A stretch of DNA of 64,000 nucleotides from NCBI GenBank assembly GCA_035084275.1, contig CM068755.1, positions 12,462,001 through 12,526,000 on the forward strand, given 5' to 3'. Shown piece by piece: positions 54,145 to 64,000 of the stretch (the stretch's first letter is position 1; every line of letters starts with the position of its first letter). This DNA comes from Hydrolagus colliei. Taxonomy: Eukaryota. A program made the translations under genes and the position numbers. Under the pieces are notes generated by a model. The model was not told the DNA's origin, made no database searches, and saw nothing but the letters and a program-made list of their open reading frames with translations.

Positions 54145-54316
54145 ATACAATACAATACAAAATAACATTTGTACAGCGCCTTTCACGTCGTGAGGCCGTC
54201 CCAAGGCAGAGGACAACAACAACCAGAAAATTACATTGATAGAGCTCCTTTTAGGTCGGGAGGACTTCCCAAGGTGCTGAGGACAGTAATACAATACAAA
54301 ATTAACAAAATTACAT
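54145..54316 (-). mobile_element. Stacked L2 3' tails (two full plus a partial third)
   Basis: Units start at ~54145, ~54214 and ~54289 in the same orientation. Confidence 0.8.
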
Positions 54317-57300
54317 ACACTTTGCCTTTTTACTTTGTCATTAATGCCAGTGTACAATTTACCTAAATAAAGGTGACCATGTTATAGGAAGGCCTACGCA
54401 GTTGTTATTCAACAAGAACTTTTGTGTATACATTTAAGATTGTAATAAAATGCTTGACATTTTATTCAAAGGAGCTTTGCACAGTTACCAAATGTAGGTA
54501 CCGATTGATCAATTAAGTTTGTAGAGCAGGAAATGTGACTTCATATTGCTGCCTGTGGTGCACAAGGGCTACATGTTAGTGTGCTTCAAATAAATTCATG
54601 CTGCATGCAGGCCATCACTGACTCCCACTGTCCAGTCCCCATAACCAATGTCCTGGTGTCAGAGAAATTTTAATGTCCATAGAACTAAACAATAGCTTGA
54701 ACCATGGCTTTCAGGATACAAAAGGAGAAAATGAGAAAACAACTAAGAACCATGAAAGAAACAAGATTTCAACATTGAGTTCAATGGGATCAGATTTATG
54801 TCTTCTCTGTTTTGAATTGTAAGTTTTGTTTGAGACCCTAGTTTAGCAACTCTTGACAATCTCAACAGTGCCAAGCGACAACAATTTATAATGGACCTCA
54901 GTGAAATTTCAATTGTTCTATGTTTTGCAACGAGAACATCCTTTTGAAATGGAAGATTTATAAACTTCAACAAAACAACTATAGTACCAGTTTGGTTCCC
55001 ACTGGCATTTTAAAACATCTTTCCATCCCCTACACTGTACCCTTTTTATAGACCAATACCTCAGTTTAGATCCCAGATTTCAAGTTGCCCAGTTGTTTCT
55101 GGTCTCTGTTTCCAGCTGTGGAATTTATCTCAGTGTATGGGGGAAGGCTCATGAAGGACAGTGGGCAATACCTTCTGCTGGTCAATAAAAGCAATCTCAC
55201 CTGACTCATAGCCAGAAAAGAACACACACGCACACCCACCTCTGTGGAATACCGCCTCTTCCACTTGCGCTATAAAGGTAAATGTGATGTTAAGGGGAAC
55301 AAATGACCAAATGGAGACTTAAGTGATGTTTTACAAGCAGGTAACTTTTCCTGGTATGCTGGAGTGGAACTTGTTTGTGTTTGAACGTAACTTCGAGTTG
55401 GGGAAAAAACCCAACAAAGCAATGGCATGGTTCAGAGGCACATTTTAATGAGTCATGAATAAAGATGACAGTCAATCACAGCAGCATTATTTCATTGTTG
55501 CACTCAGCATCCTGAATTCAATTAACAATAATGATATGTAAGTTTAAAAAGCTGCCTTGTTGTTTTTTTATTACAAGACCGGTGTGTAGTTTTAGGTTCA
55601 TTAGTATGGAAATCCAGCTTTAATAGAACATCATATGGAATGTTGTTGCCTCTTGAAAAAATATTTTCTTCCATTGGCAGAAGGCTGTGCTTTTTATCTG
55701 TTCACACTGAGCCTGTCAGAAGCACTTTCCTGTTCCCCGCCCCCCCTCCCCCCACACACATACTCAACTACAGATTAAATACATTTTCGTACCTGCTCTG
55801 CGTGATATTTTGATGGTCAATGTGACCTTTTTAAAGTGGTCCAGTAGATTAGAAGCACAACATTGAAAATTGTGCTCTTGCAGAGCTCGATAAATCAAAC
55901 CCACCAATTTCTGCTTTAAAGTATGTAAATACCAGTGTACTAGAGGTAGGCAAACAACACTAACCCCACATAAACGTCTCTAAAATTGAGAAAAACACCT
56001 TATTTTGTTCCTGAAATTGCTTTGAAAGCTAAACATAGGAAAAGGGTTGCACAATACATGGAATGATTTGTGCTCGGGGAATAGAAAATAGGTTGATGAT
56101 AACCATATTCGACATAGTTCCTATTTCCCGAGTTCGTCTGCTGATCAAAGATATTATTGATGCATATTATGCCCCTTCACAACCTAAATACATGTGAATT
56201 TCAAGTGACACACACATTTGCACACGCATTGTCGACATGGCTTCCTACTAGCCAGACAGCCTTTCGTTTGCATTTCACTCTTTCTTTCGCTAGATGATGT
56301 TGAAGTCCCAGTTCATTGATGCTGCACACATGAGCCTCATAACACTTCATTTTCAATAACTCTAAGCACGTACTTCACAGGAAAAAACAAAGCACTATCA
56401 TCACCACTGATGGGTTTGGGTCCCAGATCGACATAGACAAGTGGAAAGCAGAAAATACATTGGTCGTAGATAAAGTGAGAACATGAAAGGAAGGCGTTGA
56501 TAAGAGAGCAAGCCCTTTGCGGCTTTTCTCTCCCCTTGCCTTTCTTCAGTAGGTGACATTTTAATTGCTGGGCTTTAAGCAGCTGCAGGCATCATGTCAA
56601 AGGGTCCTCTTCTGCAAGTCCCTTGTTCTTGATCAAGGTCTGCACAGATACAGCTTTTGTTCAAAACAAAACCAATGAATGCTAAGCATAAATAGAGACT
56701 GGAATAATGTGCCTTTGCCATGGACAAAGGCGAAAGATAGAAGTTATATGTTTCTAACGAGCAATGTCCAGTCAGCCCTGGATTCTTCCTTTATGTGGCA
56801 TCTACTTTTGTTCTGTTGCATAAGCAAAACATAAAGCAGGAGAGAGTAGCCCTTGTTCACGCTAAATATGAATACTCCATCTTCTGCTAGTAATGATGTT
56901 AGGGAAATGATGGAACTCTTGCCCACCTGGATCTGTTAATTGAGAAGCAAAGTACTGGAGGCAAAGATCAAGTCTGGGCAGATGGTAGGACAATGCAAGA
57001 TGGCAGACCTAGGTCAGTGTCAATCCCAAACTGCACCTTAATGGCTCATTTCTGCTTTGGACATCAGCTGCTCTCTCTGGTGGACTCTGTCTCAGCTTTA
57101 TTTCCTCAGCAAATACTGTAATTTCACGTTATATATGCTGCTGTCTGCATTCTTCGAATGCTGCGGTTCTTGAGCAAACCACTTGTACTCCTCTAGCAAA
57201 GAGTTAAATGAATGTTATTAAGTGAATAATGTCAATTCTATAACTTCCCTACTTTGCAGTTCACATCCTGTAATCATTTTCAATCGGAAAGCAAAGGCAT

Positions 57301-58788
57301 CATATGCTGGATATTTTAATCAATACAGACGGGTTGGTGTAACCTGTGATGCATCTATCCTTACAGCTGGAACTAACTAGATGAGTAGTTTAAAAATCAC
57401 ATGTAATGCAATATTATTTGTCACAGACAAATCTTAAGTGCAGCAAATTACCCGAGGTCCCCAAACTATGCATGTTCTAAAATAATACATTGGTTAATAT
57501 TAGAAGATTCTTAACCTCTGTCTACTTTTATGACTAGTTTCCCAGCATAGACAGAGATCCAGCAAGGTTCTACTGAAATGCAACTGACAATTTCCACTTT
57601 GAATAATAGATCAATATAGTAAAATGCACACCATGAATTGTATGCAATAAAAATATGTTTATTGATTTGCACCGTAATAAATTGTTGTTTAAGGAGGATT
57701 CATTTATGTGAACATGATTGATTATGGTGTATAGGACAGAATGGAATTCAACATGTCTAAAAATATATATCAAAATGAGAAGTTTACGATAGTTAAATAT
57801 TTTCCGAATTGTACATTTTTGTTTTAGTGGCCGATTTTTGAAGTATTGTTACTTTGCAAACTTTAAATTTGGTGGCATCATGCTGCCAAATGAAACACAA
57901 CCCATAGCAATAAAGCCTGCAAATAGCCTTCCTGAACAATTTATAAAATTGCTATCCCTTTACTACCCACTGATTTCAATCATGCGAGTGTGCTTTAATG
58001 TTACATGTCACAGCTTATTCACATGAAATTATGGTACCACTGCAGGTCTGATGCTGAAAGTCACAGAAAGAAGCAGGTGTCTGTTTAATAATTTGGTCAA
58101 AGATCAGAAGTTAAAGGTTAGAACGGGAAGAGGAGAATGGAAGGGTCAGACCACTTGCAGGAGAGGGCTGAGACTTGATCTTCTGGAGTCTGTAATGGTC
58201 GAACCTCAAGGTCATCCATTAGTGATCCTGCTTAACATGCGGCATTATCAATATAAATTTGCTGCGCCCAGACTTTCAGCTATAATGCAGGTCTGCAGGT
58301 CGGAAGGTGTGGAGGTTTACACATTTTTGTCCTTAACGTCGTGAGCACAAATCAGCCGTGGAGCAGAAATAAATTATATGTGTGATGCAAGTATCTGAAT
58401 AAGTTTTCTACTAAATGAGAACCATAACGCAATGCATGTTTATTAAATTACAATAGCAACTATTATTTATTTTCAAATTGGGTTACTATAATTTACAAGG
58501 CCAGTTCTACGATCATATGAATGCATTAATCTTGTCAGTATCTAGAACATGTATGTTTACTGTAGTTGGCGGGTTCTCAAGGTTTCCTTTTCCTTCTGAG
58601 GTTTAAGAAAATAATGGTGTTAAGAACATAGATCATAACAGTGTTGATGCCAATAAGAAAGCATTTTCAGTAATACACACATTACTAAAGATGCTTGCTT
58701 ACCTCTGAATGAGCCAAGTAACCATAAATGTGATAAAGACCAAGAATAGAGCAGTGGAGCCCAGAATTTTACAAGATGATTGAACAAT

Positions 58789-59022
58789 ATAATAATTCTT
58801 GCATTTGATATTGTACCTTATCACGCCAGTTAAGTGACTCAAAGCTATTCGCAGGATTTTACTGTGTATTTGAAGATGGACACAGCAGTCAATTTGCACA
58901 CAGCACTGTCCCACAAACAGTCCAAAAAAACCTTTTTTTTGTGGTGGATTGTTGGCCAGGGCACCAAGGGAAACTTCCTCCTCTTTTTGATTAGTGCAGT
59001 GGGGTCTTTAAAATGTATGTGA
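58789..59022 (-). mobile_element. Deu-SINE 3' part
   Basis: ataattcttgcatttgata...gtcccacaaacag...gttggccagggcaccaagggaaact...gtggggtcttta. Confidence 0.75.
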
Positions 59023-59086
59023 ATGAGCAAATGTAGTCCTAAAAATCTGAGAATGAAATTGGGATGAGTATAGGAGTAAGGAAAGG

Positions 59087-59142
59087 AACAACAACAAATT
59101 GCATTTATATAATGCCTTTCATGTCCAGAAGACGTCCCGAGG
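59087..59142 (-). mobile_element. L2 3' tail
   Basis: aacaacaacaaattgcatttatataatgcctttcatgtccagaagacgtcccgagg. Confidence 0.75.
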
Positions 59143-59499
59143 ACCTGAGTAATAAATAAAGGCAAACTGACAGTTATAAATATTGGCAATCTCTGCAATT
59201 AAATCTGTGTTGAAGGCAAACATTTTATTCTGCTTCCATCAGCTGGAATTTAAAGTTAATACTTAAAGAGTTGCACATCATGTCTGCATCCTGTTGGTTG
59301 TAATACTTTCCTGCTAACACATTTAATCCGTTCTGACCATCCTTAGCGAATGAAGATTTTAGTTGCAATTATCTGCTAAAATGATGTTGAACATCGAGGC
59401 ATATACAGCACCCCTGTGCCCCGACAGTGGCACAGCAACGATGCATAGGGGTCAGCCACGCACTGATTCAAGTGTAAAGCTTGGAACGGCATTTTTCAT

Positions 59500-59900
59500 C
59501 CAGTAGCAGCGATGCTGCAGTCGGAGGCTGATTATATATTTATTGTTTGCACCAGCCCATTTGTGACAATTGAAATGATCTTTCACAATGCATTGCAAAG
59601 ACGTGTTCCACATGGAGTTATTCGGATCAGTCTGTGAGCTACGATCCTTGTGTATTCCTGGCACACTTCCAAGTTGCTGCTGGCATTATGGCACTGGAGT
59701 GCAGAGCAGGAGGGAGTGAATGGCCACACTGCCTGCTGATAGTTAAACTGGACCATTCACCCCTCCATAATGAGTGATTGAAACTCCTCCAAAACAGCTT
59801 GCCCTTTCTTTGGAAGCTGTACCACGCGGAGCACATTCTCTGCATGTTGGTTTGGTTTAATTTTGGCTGGTTGCAAACAAAAATGGCACAGAATCTCCTT
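59500..59900 (-). pseudogene. Probable hAT (Ac/ZBED-like) transposase fossil
   Basis: Frameshifted minus-strand motifs in the expected order: NQTNMQR (DNAxNM), SCFG/FQSLIMEG (CFAHxLQL), QQQLG, AHRLI, MWNTSL (TRWNS); recognised by eye. Confidence 0.5.
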
Positions 59901-61231
59901 GGCTGTGTCTCCTTCACAGTGTCGCTACGTCTGCCACAGGACTGATGCTCGTGTGTGACTATATAAACAATAGAACACTACTGCAGGGCTGCAGTCAGAT
60001 CAGTAATACATTTTTTCTATGATCCTGTGCTCTCCCAAGCAGTGGCATAGTGATATTCCGGGCAGCCGTTGAAGCTAATTTTTCTACCTCACGCCATGCT
60101 GTTAAAGTGCACTTGAATCTTTCGTAATATTTACTGAATCCTGGGTACGTTACATGGAAAGTGTCAGGTTTTACTGAAGTAGCAACACCGTGAATTTGCA
60201 GGTAACCTCATTTAGGCACTCCACAAAATGTCAAATGCACTACCAAATATAAAGAACTTGAAACATAAAATTGGAGACTGGAAAACAATTAGCTGAACGC
60301 TGTACAAACTTAGAGGGGTAGGTGTCCTCTTGCGCAAGAGTTCAGCTTAGTTAACACTTCTGATATTTACATTTTAAAAGCCTCCTGGAATGATGAGGTT
60401 ACGCAGTCATAAAAATTAGGAGGCTTGTTACTTCAAGGCAATTGTATTTTAACCTATCTGCTATTTCTGAATTCAAACTTATACCTATGGGATTCAACAC
60501 ATATGTGCTGCAGCCCATTACAAAAAAGCAACACTGGGTTCTATTAACATTGCTGCTGATAAGCATTCAAGATGTGTGCCCCAGACAGGACAGAGACTAT
60601 TGGGTTGCTCATCTATGAGCTGAAAATTAATGGCATTAAATGTAAATGTTCGCACCTTGCCGGTCAGCTATCAGTGCTGTATACTCCTCCACTCCCAGTC
60701 TGGTTCTGCTGCCCCTAGAAAATTTCACCCTGACGATAACAGCACTGAAGCCAAAGTACAGACAAAGGGTTAGCGATAAACAAAATCTGTTCTTTGTGCC
60801 TTGACAAATGCAGAATTTACAACACAGTTTAACGGTCTTTAATAAGACCTTAATGACCTTAACTTGCCTGTTGTGTCGCCACTGGCAAAAATTATTTTAA
60901 CTCTAACGTTAAAATGGAAGGTGTTCGGCTGCAAAAGAAATAGACAGTCACTACACTTTATAGCAGTGGAGGCCAAGTTTTTGGATCAGCAAACAAGATA
61001 TATTTTCTTGATTGAATATTTCTTAATTTATGCAATACAGTATAACTTGTGAAGTGCTTTGAGAAGATGTCTCAACAAATAGAAACCTTTTTTTTCTTCT
61101 ACTACCACCTTCCTTCTCCTGTTCATGTTTCCCAACAAAACTGCAAACATTTGCATCCAGCAGAATATAACCCCACTTGTGATTAAATCAATTGTTTTCC
61201 CTCAAACAAATCAAAGTCTTAGGCCACAAAT

Positions 61232-61293
61232 TAACAACAACAACAAAACAACAAAATTACATTTAAAGAGCGCCTTTCATGTCGGGAGGAGTC
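61232..61293 (-). mobile_element. L2 3' tail
   Basis: aacaacaac...aaaattacatttaaagagcgcctttcatgtcgggagga. Confidence 0.8.
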
Positions 61294-61332
61294 CTACAGT
61301 CCCACAATTTAAGTAACTACTAGTGAGAGAGT

Positions 61333-61450
61333 AATAATAATAATCCTTGCATTTGATGTAGCGCATTATCACATCTTCGAAACATCTCAAAACATTTCAC
61401 AGAATATACTGTAAAATGAATTGACTGTATATTTTGTGGGCGAATCACAA
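61333..61450 (-). mobile_element. SINE 3' tail
   Basis: aataataataatccttgcatttgatgtagcgc...tgaattgactgtatattttgtgggcgaa. Confidence 0.85.
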
Positions 61451-61664
61451 CAAACCTTTCACAGACTGACTGAAACATGACTGTTGCTTTTTTAAAAAAA
61501 AACAGGGCATAAAGAAATGAAATCATTAGGTAGTTTTTAGTACAGGATTGAAATATACAGTATTCTACAAGCAATTTTGATGTGATAATCATACCTAGAT
61601 CTGTTATGAAGCTGTTCTTTCTGCCTATTCTGGAATGACTGTAGCAGTGTTAGAAAGTCAACAT

Positions 61665-61982
61665 CCAGGATCATAGCATTCTCTTCCCTCTGAAATAACA
61701 GCAGTACACCAAGTCATTAAGACTGTTTAAAAAAAAAGCTCTCTTTGGAGAAAAACAGTGCATTGAGTCACTGGGAAAGTTCATAGCATTCCTTGCCCTT
61801 AACTGTAATGACAACAGGTAGTGTTACATTGAGTTGGATCATTGTAGAGATGCAGTATGGCGTTTCTATCCCCTTTTGAACTCAATGTAGTAAAGTTACA
61901 CTGGAGCATTAAGAAGTTCATAGCATTCTCTGTTCCCCCTCTCCAGCCTGCAGCAGCAGTGCTGCGTTGGATCATTAGGAGG
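61665..61982. repeat. Degenerate three-copy tandem repeat (spacings about 110 and 137 nt)
   Basis: tcatagcattc at 61671, 61781 and 61918; gttggatcatt in copies 2 and 3. Confidence 0.6.
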
Positions 61983-63039
61983 TTTGTTTGGTTTTAATAG
62001 TAATTCTGTTATTTCAAAAGAAGAGAACACTCTGTGAACTGCTTAATGTCGCAATCTAATAACTCTGCTTTCAAATAAATGTGGTGGGGGAGCTGAGCGG
62101 TGTCAGAAGTAAAAAGGATTGCTGTTGAATGTTAGCAACCTTTGAAACTTGTGTCCCAGATGGTAATACAGCACACAGTAAAGAAGTCAAGATGACAGAG
62201 CGTTGACAGGAATGCAGTGATTCTAGTTTTCACCCCTCAAGACGGAATAAAGGACATCATTTCATCTCAGAGTGACACTGTAATGAATTTCGCAACACCT
62301 GAACTTTTCTGGCAAAGGGAACCTTTGACACCACAAGCTATTTTGTGTCAGTAATAATAGGATTTGGCATCACCCTGATTTGATGGTATAGTCATCTTCC
62401 TGTGACTAACATGTTGACACCGGTTCATCTCACTTCTCTTTAATGACATAAAGCTGCAGGTGCTATATAGCTGCAGTGACTTTTATTTTCAAAAACTCTG
62501 CAAATATGTCAGTCTGGCTAAATTGTCTTTATCTGACTATTGCGATAAGTAGTATGTATTGTTAAGGATTATGGCCTTGTTAAAACTTGGTGTCCCATTG
62601 TTATCTGAAAGGGTTCACTGCTGTAATTTATCAATCTGAAGGAAGAACATATTTTACACTAGTATTATTCAAACTTTTCAGGACATATATTAATGAACTG
62701 TCCTGATTCATTAGATCTACCGCAGTAAAGGCATTGACTGTGCACATCATACAGGCTACTTATTGAATCTTTAAAAACATATTAGAATGCAATTTCTGTG
62801 TGTATGTGTGTCTCTCTCTATCTCTTCAGTGTTGTGCTGAATAATTGCACTACCATTGAATCGTAACAAAAACTGTTCCACTTAGAGTTTATACATCAAA
62901 ATAGAGTCGATGCGGGAAGCATAGGAACAAAGTTGTTCGATTAATTCAGCTGCCTCCATCTCTTACTTTATGGATCACCTGATTCATTCCAAGTTATTGC
63001 TAGTCTTAAATTCCTCCACATGCAGTCCTGCTTTCCATA

Positions 63040-63320
63040 TATTTTCTGCCTCCAGCTGCTTTGCTCCCCAATGTGTATTCTCCTGTGTTTCACTGGTGTT
63101 TCTTTTGTGTTCATTTCTCTCGCACAGAAGATTCCCTCTTTCTTGTGCAGGCTCCTTTTCAGACTGACATTTAAACACAAACAATTGTTATTCACTCCTC
63201 AAAGGAGACCCCCCTCGCTCTCTTTGCTGACCAATTAAATGCCAGCTGGGCTTAGTAGACAACTAGGGAGAGAGGCTCCTTCGTAAAATAAATCAAGGGC
63301 TGGCAGAACTGCATGCTTTA
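63040..63320. promoter_or_regulatory. Candidate conserved enhancer
   Basis: taaacacaaacaattgtt (FOX/SOX-like), caattaa and TCGTAAAA (posterior HOX/CDX-like) motifs in TE-free sequence; inference. Confidence 0.3.
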
Positions 63321-64000
63321 AAATCTATTAATATTTATCAGAGTTTTTAAAAAATCAAATTGTATTTTCTCTAGATGGTTGGTACAAAAGTTTAAGAAGT
63401 GTGCTAAAAAAATTTGAGGGAATAATAGAAAGTGTTTAAAGAACTACTACAGGTTTTAAAACTGTGTTGTTAACAAATGGTCCAATCCAACAATTTATTT
63501 AGAAAGCATTTGCTGAATTGTTAACTAAACAGTTAGTAAGATTTGCACAGAACAGTTCCTTTCAATTTCCTATGCCTTTTGTAGGTTACAATATTAAATA
63601 ATTTATAACTCATGGTATTGTTTGCAAGCAAAGCGAGTTTCTATCAAGTTTTTTTTTCTTCTGTGAAACTAATAGGGTAAAGTCAAAAGGATTGGTCTTT
63701 CTCAAAAATAGTGCTCATTTTTTGTTGAAGAGATGAATTCTATAATCAGTGTAATGAATTGTAATGAATAATAATTAAAGAGCAAATGATTTGGCTTCTT
63801 AAAGAGACTGCTAATTCACACATGGGTGTAACAAAGTGGTATTGTCAGTCTGGACAATTTAACTTTGTAGTAAGTTTAAGACAGTGATTACAGCTGTACA
63901 CAATTAAATTGTTTGTGGTATTTTTCATTCCTTAAGTGGTTAAACTATTTAATGTTTTCCTCTCGCACGCCCTCACTAAATGCCTACTGTTACTGACCAC

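Noticed and set aside
60671-60748. 10-bp inverted repeat tcagtgctgt/acagcactga
   Set aside because: Stem too short for a pre-miRNA; plausible by chance
61665-61982. CRISPR-like repeat-spacer reading
   Set aside because: Eukaryotic context, short degenerate repeats, irregular long spacers and no cas genes

Overview
AT-rich, almost entirely non-coding vertebrate DNA. The repeat content (Deu-domain SINEs, L2 and CR1 LINE remnants, a Penelope-type inverted repeat) points to a cartilaginous fish, possibly a holocephalan; this is inference. Nearly all ORFs in the track are spurious. Two minus-strand segments do look like real, frame-compatible coding exons: 14558-14339 (220 nt) and 396-316 (81 nt, NAGNAG acceptor), joined across a ~13.9-kb intron. 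I could not name the gene and found no convincing further exon, so most of the window is probably intronic. The rest holds many SINE and LINE fragments, a young TA-flanked pogo/Tigger-like MITE, two probable hAT transposase fossils and TE-free, homeobox/SOX/FOX-motif-rich blocks resembling conserved enhancers. I see no clear new multi-gene system. The best leads are the unidentified gene, a perfect 32-bp hairpin enclosing a hammerhead core, a 34/35-bp inverted pair 1 kb apart, a 53-nt duplicated element and many ~60-nt 'tail-only' L2 insertions. Repeat boundaries are approximate and family names come from motif recognition, not database searches.
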